Shown: in pieces, positions 50,700 through 64,000 of the stretch
How positions within the stretch are numbered: position 1 is the first letter of the stretch
How the letters are laid out: every line of letters begins with the position of its first letter
Source of the DNA: Ostrea edulis
Lineage: Eukaryota
Length of the DNA stretch: 64,000 bases
Assembly (NCBI RefSeq): GCF_947568905.1
Contig: NC_079169.1
Location: forward strand, 78,678,001 to 78,742,000
Reading direction: 5' to 3'
Notes under the pieces: generated by a model
Told to the model about the DNA's origin: nothing
Seen by the model: only the letters and a program-made list of their open reading frames with translations
Database searches by the model: none
Position numbers and translations under genes: made by a program

Positions 50700-53659
50700 G
50701 CGCAGACTATATTGTTTGTTCAAGATTACAAGGAAGATGAAATTTACATCACGCAACTAGAGCTGTTTGGTGATTCGGTGAGCTCGGACGCTTCTACACG
50801 TACAGTTTATAAGCATAATCTAAATGCCAAATGCAGCAAAGCATATCATTCAAGATTGAATACTATTGTGTTGTGTACTTCACAGTTTCAGTTGGCAGTG
50901 TTTACGTTTTTACATGTCGTCATAGTCAGTAGTAGAAACCCCCAATAAAGAAAAGCCATTAAAATACAATGTACATGTAGTGTAGTTACATGTAATTATA
51001 TTTCGAAATTTTAACGATCCTTGAATCTTTATTTTAATGAAAAAGTGATTTGTTTTTTCAAGGACATTTTGAATTCTTAACATTAAGAAATAGTTTTTTT
51101 TTTCAATACATTTCTCTCTCTCTCAAATTATGAAATTTTAAAAAATATGTCCGCTAAATAAGAGGGTTAACAGGGCATGGCTACGTGAACGCAAGTACGC
51201 AATGTGATTCCACAATTGATTTTACAAAACAATGGGGGGGGGGGGGGGGATCAGTAAAACCTTGCTTAGAATTACTTCAACAAATAAACCGCAAAAATGG
51301 ATATAGAGATATTAATCGTAAAATGTCGGATTTGTATATGCTCTATCGATTGGTTCTAATATTTGAAAATTATTATAACTTTTACATCATTTAATTCGGA
51401 ACAAAATGTGTTGATTTTTTTTTTTTTTTTTTTTGTGTTCCAAAATAGAAGAAAATGACATATTTGTTCAACAGTGTGCACTCAACGGAACAATGAACAT
51501 ACACATGATGTTGAATCTGGTAGTTCCAACATTTTCAGTGCATCGATGATAGTCTCTATAAAAATAACTTACAAATTCTATATGCTTACATGTATATCGC
51601 AATTCACTGTTCTGAAATTGACAAGGAAAATGAAGATTTTAGAGCAAACATCAGCTATACCTTTTGTACATCTAACATGGAAACTTACATTTATCTTCCA
51701 GAAATGCTGAAAATTAACCACCTACTGGGGCTTAATCCCCTGGACCCGTTAGGAAGTTAAAACAGCCTCCAAACCTTAATTTGCATACAAATTAACTGTC
51801 CCCTAACTACACCCCTGGTTAAGAACAATATTTTCTTTTTGAGAACCCTTTACCCTTTTTACATAAATTTCGTTTAACAGGTTGTGTAAGAGGGATTCAG
51901 GTGGGAGGGTTGTTTTCTTTTCTTTTTTCCAGTATAAGGACATGACACTTTTTCAGAAAAGATGGTGACAAAACGGTGACAGATAATCACAGCCACAGAC
52001 ACTTAATCACTAGACCGTGTACCCCCCCCCCCCCCGCCCGCGTGCTTAACCCAAAATATTAATGCTGGGAATTTGTTTTTCAAATTCTTTTGTCACTGTA
52101 CACTCTCACTAAAGGTATTTACAAAGTAGAGTAACAGTCGACTGTTTAGAACAGTACTTTGAATAGGAATGCAAAATTAGTACGGATTCAAAATAATGAT
52201 TATACAGAGAGAAAAATTAATAGTTAACATTAATATAAATCACAAATATTAATTGGGGGGGGGGTGTCTAAAAAGGGAGGGGACACAAAGTCCAGTGGTC
52301 CAAATATATTTGATCACAACTACATCATTTAACGTTATAGAAAAAAATGCACTCACCGTTACTGAAAATGACATCTACGTCACTTTGTATTTAGTCACTT
52401 GGGCAAAACTTATAATACGGATGTGAGAGTTTATTTAATGACATGGCAGTGGGATATTTGATTTGTTTTGGGGAAAGAAATGAACCGGGATAGAACCATC
52501 TGATTAATTCCCCAAAGGTATTTATTTGAAGGATTTTTATAAACATTCGTCATTGGGGCTACAGCTGGGGTTTTCACAATCTTCAAATTCTGCAATATAA
52601 AGTCCCTAGCTAGACTTCTGTGAACCATAATGGGATTCAAATTAAAAGTTTATTATATAGAATATACGTTTTCTTCACAACAATGTGATATTAAGGTCAA
52701 TGAGACTATTGTCAAAATGTATCTAATTTTCAAAGGTGGTTTTTGTGTGTTAAAATTTTTGATATGATTTGTATATGTAAATAAGTAAGTAAATAGTATT
52801 GCCGGATTGTAATTTCACTGGAAGCTTTGCGTCTGTACGATGGCTATTGGGGGACAAAATATTGAATGTATTTCAACAAATGTTCTAACCCAATTCTCTC
52901 AACACAAACTGTGGAAGATGAATCACTTTGCTATTTTAGGTCCTGTGACAGAAAAAACAACATTTGTATTCAATTATTAAAGCATGGTTTATCTTTTAAT
53001 CATATTAACTTTTCCACGTTAAAACCGCTATAATTTAATGAATTAAAAGTTTTGCGTCGAGAAGGAGAGTTCTCTCTTTGGTAGGGGGGAGGCTCGTTAC
53101 ACACCAATTTGTCACTTTTGGTTGGAGGCCCGATGTAACCTTGCTTTTATCACTTCCCCAGCTCGCTAGTGTGTGGTCATTTATAACAATTAATAGCGGA
53201 GCTCATCTAGGTAAATAAGCAAGAGTATTTGTGTTCACTTAAGAGATTTTTTCTACCAAATCATGGAGAATTTTCTAGTAGACCCTGACTCTGCGACACG
53301 CGGTGATTGAAGTGGAATGCAAACAGACAAGTCTAGAGGAAGTATGTAGATCTCGGCTTTGTTTTAAAGTGTGCATCGAATTTACCCCATGTGTAGTTCT
53401 AATTAAATCGGATCACAAAAAACGTAATACTGTTGAAATTTTTTTTTTTACTATCACATAAATTTCATGAAACCATGAATATCGCAGTGGAAGTTTATCA
53501 TGAAAAAATACCGAGATTGCAAAGTAAAAACTATATGTATAACTCAGTTTTTCATCCGCTGGAAATTTTCCTTTTTTTCTGATCAGATTATTCATGAAAC
53601 CAAAAGATTCAATTGATGTTCAATTTATATTTTTTGTACATTAATTTTCTACAATATTA

Positions 53660-54445
53660 TATTATTATATTTTTAAGGAGAAGAACTCGTAAGTTATTTG
53701 AACTTGTTTCTGATCCTTTTTTATATCATGTATGTACAATAGAATATGTTCAAAACAATTTGAAATTTACATTACCAAAAGCTTACAGATCTCTACTCAC
53801 TAAACTAAGACTAAGTGCACATCCCCTCAATATTGAGGTTGGGAGACACTATATACACCTCCAATTCTCTTGTCTTGTCTTGTCTTGATTTGTACTTTTT
53901 TATCCATTATGACATAATGTTGCATTCATGCTTATATGTGTAAGGATTATTCGTTGTGTATTCTATGGTTTTTCTTTTAATTATCAATTGTAAATTTTAG
54001 TATGTTGTACAGCGCTTTAGAGTATTTTTAGATAAGGCGCTATATAAGTGTATTTTTATTATTTATTATTATAATTCCACGATCTAATAGATTTTGCAAA
54101 TTCTGCTTGAAAGAAGTTGAGGATGAGAAACACTTCCTATCATTTTGTACAAAATACGATCACTTAAGGAATAAACATTCAGAACATTTGGGTGATTTGA
54201 ATGCAAATTCCATACAAAACCTCATGAATCCTGAAAATTATACATTCACAAAGCATTTTTGTCAATATTTGAATGAGTGTTTTAATCTAAGGTACGCTGA
54301 ATTGAGAAATCAGGAAAATTGTGGTTAATCTGAAAATGTGTATAATGTTATATACATATATACTAGTATACATGTATGATGTTAATTTATGATGTACGCC
54401 TCATGTTTGGTAATCGTCAATAAAGCATTTGAATAATAATAATCT
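53660..54445 (+). mobile_element. 3' end of a non-LTR LINE (ORF2 C-terminal Cys/His region), interrupted by a second LINE tail
   Basis: YRSLLTKLRLSAHPLNIEVGRHY | IPRSNRFCKFCLKEVEDEKHFLSFC; AATAAA and (AAT)n tail. Confidence 0.75.
53854..54073 (+). mobile_element. L2/CR1-type 3' UTR inserted into the LINE above
   Basis: GTACAGCGCTTTAGAG...AAGGCGCTATATAAG followed by a (TAT)n tail. Confidence 0.55.
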
Positions 54446-55384
54446 TTATTCTTAATGTCAGACGTAATATTAATGAACATTACCTATTTACTAACTATTT
54501 ACCGACTTGTACGAAAGAACAAAAACAAAAACAAAACAATAAGAATGAAGAGTGAAAATATATGTATAAGAATTGAAGAAGAAATGTCTCCTCCATGACA
54601 TCGCTTCGTCATCTCATCAGAATTCAGATGATGATATACATTCTAAATAAGTTTGTATCTCCAAGAAATACCAGACACCAAATGTATATAAATACTCATA
54701 TTGAATGCATTTAAGCCGTTTGATACATGAAACAAAGCCATTCATTAAATGGTTTTGTTTTTAAGTGCACGTGAGAGATTAGCCTCTTTCATCCGCTATC
54801 TTTTTTCTTTTGAAACTTTCTCTCTTAAACGGTTAGTGTGTATTGCAAGAAGATGCAAAGTTTGGTCCAAACAGATCTCAACAAATTTCAGCGGATCTTG
54901 ATAAGACTTGAGGATAATGGTATTTATTTGATTGTTTTATTCAGGAGTTGAAAACATTTCATCAGACGTTCGCGTGCGGTACGATGGGAAGTAATCGTGA
55001 TGTTTTCTGGTTTGGAAATTTTTTAAACATATTTCCTGTCTGAAATGAACTATGACCCCACTCCACCCCACCCCACCCCCAAATGTTGTACATATCTTAT
55101 ATGGTCAATACTAATCAGTTTTGCCTAATATGAATGGCGCCAAGACTAGCTGTTAAATATTTGAATGACAGGCACTTAACAACGTTTTCAGAGGGAGGGG
55201 CAGCCGGAGCAGAAGTTGACTTCACAATTGTCTAACATTTTTTCTTTACAAGCAGATGTTACTTTGCCCGAACTTCAGACTTCTAAATCGGGGATGGCGG
55301 GGTGGTTGTTCCGTCACCTCATGAGTTCTGTTCATTAGGTCAAGCTTTCAATATTGATATCAATAAAAGGGGGAGCAGTAAAAA

Positions 55385-56060
55385 CAATAATAATAATATC
55401 CTTTATTTATACAGGATTGCACAATTAGTTATATAAACTAGTTTACATTGTGGTCCTGTCTAGAACATATATACATATCGAGAACATATATCACAAAACA
55501 TGGAAATATCACAGTTTATATACATGTACATTCAGATATAAGAACTAAATGAAAAGAGATAATAAACACATGAGTATCATTGAGGATCAAAATAATGTTT
55601 GAGATAGGCTGATTTAAAAGATGTGGTAGTTATGTATTTTCTTATAAAATCTGGTAATGAGTTTCATAAAATTGCTGCTGAAATGATAAAAGATCTTCTA
55701 AAATAGAGCTCTGTCTTGTATTTCTTGTGTTTACCTCATTCACAAATCCAAAAACATGCAAATACTTTGGAGTCATATGATGTAAAACTTTAAACATAAG
55801 AATAATTTTTCGATAAATAAAATAGTCATTCAAAGGCATCCATCTCAAACTTGATAGCATACAAGAAGTTGACACTGAATGAGGTACTTTGATGTGTAAA
55901 ATCCTCTCTTGTAATTTAAAAAGCCTATCAATATTTGTCTTGTTCTTTGTATCCTGCCATACTGTACAACAATAATTAAAATTAGGAAAAATAAAGTATT
56001 GTAAATTTTGAGTAGTGCCTCCTAGTCCTTTGACATAAAAGTACTCAATCTTCTTAAACA
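55385..56060 (-). mobile_element. L2/CR1-group LINE 3' fragment
   Basis: FPNFNYCCTVW...RLFKLQERIL...LSSLRWMPL...KVLHHMTPKYL; 3' tail TAAATAAAGGATATTATTATT on the - strand. Confidence 0.75.
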
Positions 56061-56075
56061 CCTAGGTTTTGACTA

Positions 56076-56109
<34 letters not shown>

Positions 56110-56682
56110 TATAAGGCATCTGTGTGATAAGACCACGTAAGACATTCATCGATGTAAACACCTAAAAGTTTGGCACATTTGACATTTTCTATAAAAGTTT
56201 CACCAACATTAATAAAAGGTTTCTACATTTCGATAATTTCTGTGACGTTTCTATTAAAATACATTGTGTTATCAGCCAATATATCATACTGTGCATATAA
56301 CCCCCCTCCTCCTGTCGTCATTGAAATAAGAGTACTGTTTAGAGTAGAATTGCTCCTCATAGTCAGAATTTCCCCAGGAAAAAATCCAAGTGCATGATTT
56401 CCCTTCTAGATAGATAACTCGATATGCATTTTTGTGAGGACTTTTTATTGACACAGAGTAAAGTGAACAAAGTAAATTTTTAGAAATAAAGTAAGCAATA
56501 TTCCAAAATGTTAAGTTCGTTTCGATTATCTGTTCGTAACAAGGACTGGGGTTCTCTTGGGGCTCTGTTAAGTCACTTGCTTTTATGCTTAACCCATACG
56601 TTCTCAATCCTTGAGGTTTCTGCTTTATGGATACGTTGTTTTTTAAACTGTACGTGCGTTTCTGCGAAATTAATGTTTTCGA

Positions 56683-57770
56683 ACAGTGATCAATCTCATA
56701 ACTCCTATAAGCAATACAAAGTAGAGAGTAGGGCATACACGGGCCAACATCATTGGAAACCCACGGTTGACAACGCTTTGTTCCTCTCTCCATCATCAGG
56801 GTTTCCTACGATGACGGACCCCTGGACATACCAGAGGTGGGATCAGGTGCATTTTAAAAAGACTCAGGAGAAACTGAAATTATCCTGTTTACCATAAATT
56901 TGGGTTGTTAGTTTGCTGTTAATATCTACGAGTATTTTCAATAAAATATCGAAGTATGAAGCAGAAGTTGACGACTCTGTGGTGTCTTTTATTTGATTTC
57001 AGCTACTCTATCGTCAACTTCCCATATCTATGTAGCAATATTCCATAATCACCTGCATATGGTGTTTATATCTCTCAACTGATTCGATACGCAAGAGCTT
57101 GTTCTGCGTATGGTCAGTTTTCAAATCGTGACAGACTACTGACAAATAAGTTGATGGTGCAAGGGTTTCGTTTAAAGTCAGCATTTCGCAAATTCTACGG
57201 TCGTTATAACGATCTACTTTGTCAATACAAACTATCATTGGGTCAAATGCTGTCTGACGTGTTTCATACTGATCGTTCTTGGCACATTGATTTTGACTAC
57301 GGATAACTCCGTTTACGTGATCAAGATATAGGGCTCACGGCGGGTGTGACCAGTCGACAGGGATGCTTACTCCTCCTAGGCGTCTGATCCCACATCTGGT
57401 GTGTTCAAGGGTCCGTGTTTGCCCAACTCTTTATTTTGTTTTGCTTATAGGAGTTATGAGATTGATCACTGTTCGGTATCTTCACCTTTCATAAAACACG
57501 TCAGACAGTACTTGACCCAAAGACAGGCGGTAATGGCAAACTAGATAATTACAACGACCATAGAATTTGCGAAACGCTGATTAAACGAGTTTGTTGAAAC
57601 CCCTGTAACATTAGTTTGTTTTTTATTAGCCTGCCTCGATTCAAAAACTTATCATACGCAGAACAAGCTCTTTCGTATCGAATCAGTTGAGAGACATGTA
57701 CACCATATGCAGGTGATAATGGAATATTGCTACATAGAAATGAGAAGTTGACGATGGAGAAACTGAAATA
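56683..57770. mobile_element. Cluster of Penelope-like fragments in alternating orientation (- 56683-56855; + 56985-57493; - 57494-57770)
   Basis: IVNFPYLCSNI...AYGVYISQLIRYARACSAY... on the + strand with the full 3' module, immediately followed by an inverted RT-tail copy. Confidence 0.8.
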
Positions 57771-58228
57771 CTGAACACAAGAGGGAAGAGGCTCATGGAT
57801 AACATTTATCTTGATCGCTCTGCTAATATGGATTAGAACACTAACGTCAACACAACAATACACCAAGACATGGAAACTCTAAATATAGCAAGATGCCAGT
57901 TTACGAAAGGATTTTAAGGGGGAATATTGTTCCATGAGACTGGTATCACAGCAATACGAAAATGATTTGGCATTGTCTGCTATTTCCTATGTTGTAGTCA
58001 AAAAATAAAATCCATCAAATGTAATATGTAGATTAACTAGTAATTTGATCTTTTTCAATGATTTTCAACGAAAATTGAAAATCACTCTCGTTCTTATTCA
58101 CTGGATTGATTATTTAAACTTTACTCTCAAATGTGCTAGGAAGGCATGTGAAATCTTTTCTGTGCAATCGCCAAATGAAAAATTTATAGTACAATATAAA
58201 ATATTTTCATTCGATAATTCTTTCTGAT

Positions 58229-58259
<31 letters not shown>

Positions 58260-61200
58260 TAAGAAGAATATAAATCGTGACAAAGCATAACAAAATATTA
58301 AAAATAGAAATTTTGGAATTAAGACACTGTAGATGGACTCAAACGCCGACGTAATTCCAATATTTGCTTTAATATTTTAAAAGGAAGAAGATGATTTAAT
58401 TTCAAGTGTCTTTATCTGCCCCATGCCTTTTATGGCGGCTTTCAGCTTGGTTAGCTAAAGCAGTTGTACACTCCCGAAACTAACACTGAGCTTAGAGGGA
58501 CCCGGCTTCCTCTTTGATGTGATGGTTATCTCTCCCTCTGACGATATCGTAGAATAGGGGATGAAAGTTGCCTTACCTACTCTTTATCAAGTACATCTAC
58601 ATCTTTATCTTAAACAAGAAAACAGAAGGATACACATTGGCGAAAACAATTATGTAGCGTTAAAGTCTGGGTGACGAAATTGACCAATCAGGAAACTGAA
58701 ACATATTTCAGTTACCACGTGTTTTCGGTTCATTAGGACAAAGTTATAAAATATTGGTTTCATTCAGTTTGGTACCTTTAAAAAGAAGGAAAAGTTCGGG
58801 AAAATATTGAAGTGCGAAAGATTTGGAGAGCAGGGTGATTCAAGACACACACATTTGGATTTATATATGCCTTATAACTGAATGGTGGTCTTTTTTTTAA
58901 ACTAGGTAATAATTTCGAACTCTTTTAAACCAATTAATCCCATCACATATCTGAAACATTTTTGAAGTGGGATAAAACTTGAAGGTAAAATAAATATCCA
59001 TTACAAGTCAGACGGTGATTTGAGGATTCTTTTTAAAGCTGAAAACAAATATTGTTTGAAGTTTGACCTGACAAACGAAGCATTTTTCCGGCATCACTCG
59101 TATTCAGGGTACACACATGCCGTATTGACGACAAAACCATTCTCTTCCTTACCAAGTGTGACAATTCATTGGATGAATATCCTGAGAGAAAGTTAATGAT
59201 AACGATATTTACCCTGATAAAAAGTCATCTCATTCTCCAGTCGTGTAATTAAAGACTCTAATTATATCACCTGGCCATAATGATGCACCAGGGATTACTG
59301 TATCCCCGAAAAGATTATCGCCTACCGTGGACACCCAAGCTAGGTAAGTCCTCACTCGGAATTGTTCGTAGAATATACTAGTGCATTATAAGACAGATGC
59401 TGTATTGATTAAGACTGCAAACTTCCTGTCAGTGGTTTCAAGTTTTCAAGTTTTGTTCTTCGCTCAGAACACATTTAGTGGTATATGAGGTACACAGCAT
59501 ATTTTACAATAATCATTGTTCGATTACAACATAGGTACATTTATACATGTATGTAAGAGACAATGGGTAAGAAAAAAAGATTAATGGACAGATCGTTAAG
59601 GAGGACAGACTATGACGTGCACTTTTTTTCCCAATAACACACATAAATTCTTAAGCGTTTTTGTATTGGAAATTGACATTTATATATAAGAAATAGATAT
59701 TCTAGTTTGTATTATAGAGGTATAAAACGCTATATCCTTATGATACAAACTAGATTTTGTTCCTCGTATATTCTTTCACAATTATAAACGTTTGCATGTG
59801 TCATGTTAAAGGGTCAGTTGTGTGTCGGGGATTTTATTGGAAAATAACATACAATGAAACAGCATCTAGGTGTATTATTGACAAAACAGGGGATAATCTC
59901 GATTTGTTTTTACTCTACTACTCGCAGATGTGCTGTATCAATGTAACAACGTTTAATCTGGAAAAAAGACTTGAATGATCATTGAATAACGTGTAGTATG
60001 CCGGATACTATGAAATATACATTTATTGTATAAAGTGTGATGAATCATATTTATAGATATGAGATACTAAAGTAGTGTTTGAAATCCGTGATTTAATTTG
60101 AATAGATTAATTAATCATTGCACATTTGGAATATGGTGTGAACTTTAAAAAAAAAAAATACGTATTCAGTAATTAAAAAAATATTCTGCTATAATAATTT
60201 ACAAGTTTTAAACATGTTTAGAGCTGATGTTGTAACGAGCTATTTTGGGTGTGGACATTGTGGTCACATAATTTATCTTTGTTGAGATGAGGAACTTTCC
60301 TGCAAAGTCAACAAAAGAAAACACGCCCTTTCCTTGTAATAAATGAATGAAGAGAATCATATCTGTTCTTTGCGAAACTCGAGGGGAAATAAATCAGCCT
60401 TCGTTAGAAAGGATACGGAGAAAGTTTCATTAAAGCACAACAGTGCCGCACCCGTATAGGGAAATGAAGGTCACATGATTGGTCATACGGAAGATAATTA
60501 AACTTTGTTAAGTTCGTTCTCTTCAAATGTTCATTACTTTAGTTTAAACAATATCTATTTCATTATGATTAACATTTTTTAATATACACGGGTATGTCTG
60601 TCTGTCTGCCTGTCTGTCTGTATGTATTATGTGACATAGGTTAGAAAACAGGCCAAAGGGTTCATTACTTTGACACATAAATGTATACACACTAAACATG
60701 CTGTCATTAAATTTACTTATTCGGGTACATGTAATGTTATTTTCCAATACTATGTTGCTCTATTGGGTAAGTAAGGAGTAGCGGGATCAATTTTTATATA
60801 ATGATATGCTTCATGCATTCAAATGGATGACATAGGTTCTAGGAGCCCCCTTCCCCTCCCTCTTCCCTCACCGAGAATTGTCAAAATGGATGGTTGAATT
60901 TCTCATTCCTCCTTTGAATACGGATTTTCATAAACAGTTCGAATAAATATTTTCTGCTGATGTTCGATATCGTTTTTAACTTTGGTTTTTATAATTTATA
61001 TACGCAGGGAAAAAAAAGTTAAACATAAATGAACCGAGTGTACTCGTGCATGTGTATCACAAGCTATTGCTGTTATAACATGTGTCATGCTTTGTTCGTT
61101 TCTTGGAATACTCCGATATATTCGGGATGCTCAGTCCTACAGATTTTGTTCGAAATTCAAGTTTACATATAATTAACATTGTGTATTTTAATGAATCATG

Positions 61201-63409
61201 AGCGGAATCAAACGAAATGAATTATTAAGAAATGGGAAATCCATGTATGTATTGACAAAATAAGACATAATTGAGCTTTTATTATGCATTTATTCACCGT
61301 TTGAACAAACAATTTAAACGTATTAAAAAAAAAACCCGAACACCATGTCCAAAACGATGGCAATTTTCTCTGAATACCGAAAACAATGCATGTACTCGTC
61401 GGTCGGTATCTTGCTGTGCTTTGCAAAGCTAGAGAGTGGGCTTATATTAATAAACAGATGAAAAATGCATTTTCAAAAAAATGTTGACAAAACGATTTAT
61501 GAGTTACAAATGCAAGTGTTATGTGTAATTTTGGGAAATTTTTATATAAATCTTGTAAACTGAAATCAGAGGCCACAACATAAAGAGGTTTATCCTCAAT
61601 GTATCAACAAACACGTCCTTTATATTTGAGACACATGCTCTATTTTGTGCTTAAAAATTGTTACGAATTATATATTATAACTTATTGATGGGTGTCTTTT
61701 TCACTTATGCTATTATTGTAATATATGTACATGTTACATGCATTTGCAACCTATAAGCAGTACTGCTTTTGGAAATAAACAATACGATACGAGTTATAAG
61801 ATTGTAAGAGTCCTATAAGGCCTTCTGGATTTCCAGGCCATGACTGCAGATCAGGGTAGAATACTTTCGGGTCACGACTGCTAATTACGTTACATACTAG
61901 GTTTTCAAATGTCTACAATTCAGGTAGTATTGTAATGCTACATACACCAATCAAATCCGATACGTAGAGATTTTTCTGTGGTGATTTTTCCGCTGCCCTT
62001 GATAGAAATGGTAGAAAATTCCTTCCACTTCAAATCAACCCAGTTCAAGTTTTATCCAATGAGAGTGACCGCCCTTGTAACGATAGTGCATGCCAGCCAC
62101 ACGACTATTTGTAGAAAGCCAAAGCGTTTAAAGTTCTAATATCGTAATTTGAAATTTGCAATATGTGAAAATTATGCATTCTTCGAATAACGTATAACGT
62201 TCTAAGTAAATATGACAATTATCATCACTACCTCTGAAACTCGGTTCGTGGATACTCCACCCAGGATGAATGCTAAATCTGTACTTTGAAATATGCAAAT
62301 ATAAAATGTTGAATACTTTGTACATGTAAATTCACAAACTGTATGGATGTTAGATTTTTAAAATCCTATTTTACGTATTTGCATGCTTTATAGAAAGTAA
62401 ACTACAACAACGAACCCGACACGTGCAAGGCGTAGCTACGTACATCCGTAATTTCTGCAATATAATTTCAACCATTCCATGTTAATAAACCTTTATTTCG
62501 ACAGAAAGCTAACTTTCTCCATAAAAGAAACGGGTTATTTTCCAGCGGCATTGGGACAACTAGTACCCATGACAACTTGCTGATACTCCAAGACAAATCC
62601 GATAACGTCAGTTTAGGACTACCTCACACTTATACCATTATCTCAGACAGTCTACAAACTGTGATAATGTCTTTCTACCGAAGTCTGCTCTGCTTTGTTT
62701 TATGCCAGAGAACATACAGCTACTAGTGTATATAGCATAAATAGACATCATATTAATGAAAACAATACTTAAACACACTTCTTTCTTCCTTATAAAGGGG
62801 CAGCTGTGACACGTGCCATTTCAAAACTGAAGAGGGTGCAATTATGTTTGTGCCTTATCTCAGTTTTTTGTCCTTTTTTTCAATTAAAAACCTGGAAAAG
62901 TAAACTTTATGAAATAAAATCATAATCATAATATTTACCCGAGACATTCTTTGAATGGAGGATTTTTTTTTCAATCTGTGGGCTTTGGGCAACCCCTGTT
63001 CGTCTGTGTTATGCATACATTATACACTTGCCATATGTACATGGAATACAATGAACAGCGCACTCTCCTTCCGCAGGAATACTAATTAGTGTTACAGGCT
63101 ATAAGAGAATGACTAAACCTAGAGGCATGAAAATCAAGCCCCCTTTCTTCCTCTTTCCCTTTTAACGGCGCATACATACACTGCACTAACGATTTAAGAT
63201 TTTTTGTTTCCAAACTAACATACAAGTGTTCCAAATATACTCACTGCATCTGTGATCGCGTTATATAACAACTTTTGCAACATAAAGTATTTGATTTCAT
63301 CCTACATTAAAAAGGAATGGATTAAATTTTCTTGACTTCTTTAACTCTCGTGCATCTCCCTTCAGCCGTATATATGTGTGCATTGCGCATGCTTTCTTCA
63401 CACGTGGTT

Positions 63410-64000
63410 AGAAAGAGAACAAGTGTTACACCAAGAAACTTAAAGAAGTCTTTCAAATGATAAAGACAGTTTTAAGAAAACATCTTATTTTATACTGTTG
63501 CTGAATATTAGAATTTAGCTTAGATATACACGTACATGTAATCAATATACATGTAATAATTTTGGCCGCACCTTGGAACCAAACCCTTACTCCCTGGGAT
63601 CGTGAAATTTACAATTTTTGTTAAAGGACTACCCACTCCTTCTAAATATATATCTAGTTTCAATTTAGTATCAAGCATTAAAGAAGATATTATCAAATGT
63701 TTGACACATATAAACTATACGAATATATACCAAGTTTGGCCCTGTCCTGGAATCAAAGTATTTATCCGGGGATCATGAAATTTACAATTGTTGTAGAGTC
63801 CTTCCTGCTCGTCATCACTATGTATTTAGAATTTCTTAAAGATATACCGTTGTAGAGAATATTCGTCAGTTTTGGCAGTTTTACCCCACCACAAAGGTCC
63901 CAGGAGTGCAGGAGGCTTGAAATTTATAATTGTTGTCTCCCTTATTCCAAAGCTGCTTCATACTAAATTTGAAAAGAATTGGAATGGTAGATATCGAAAA
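63410..64000. mobile_element. HINE/Helentron-type internal repeat region running off the window
   Basis: Repeated TTTGGCC...CC.GGGATC.TGAAATTTACAAT units ~170 bp apart. Confidence 0.5.

Noticed and set aside
52350-52640. Minus-strand donor (G|GTGAGT) with an upstream 69-aa ORF
   Set aside because: No recognisable protein, and the frames reaching the donor are closed by stops.
57280-57493. Hammerhead or HDV ribozyme in the Penelope-like 3' module
   Set aside because: No CUGANGA...GAAA core found, and I could not fit an HDV double pseudoknot by eye; needs a descriptor search.

Overview
AT-rich, intron-containing eukaryotic DNA. The repeat content (Cg170-like satellite inside Helentron/HINE elements, Meta/Deu-type SINEs, Penelope-like RT tails) points to a bivalve, most likely a Crassostrea/Magallana oyster; this is an inference from recognised motifs. 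Four host genes are supported: (1) the first coding exon of an extended synaptotagmin (- strand, runs off the left end); (2) a complete 3-exon ABT1/Esf2 gene (+, 251 aa), head-to-head with it across 352 bp; (3) an intronless 411-aa DUF1647-like type II membrane protein (-); (4) a complete 8-exon tandem-repeat galectin (+, 335 aa). The rest is a dense transposon mosaic: several MITE families whose TIRs and TSDs can be read directly, an internally deleted hAT, a Tc1-like element, a probable solo LTR nested in a HINE, two adjacent 47/48-bp satellite arrays, SINEs, LINE and Penelope-like 3' fragments, and a decayed Ty3/Gypsy element. The Gypsy element lies in an ~8.3-kb block present twice, once on each side of a 200-N gap, probably a haplotype false duplication. 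I did not find a demonstrably new multi-gene system. The most unusual items are small, cleanly bounded hairpin/palindromic elements, the atypical second galectin CRD, and the paired satellite arrays.
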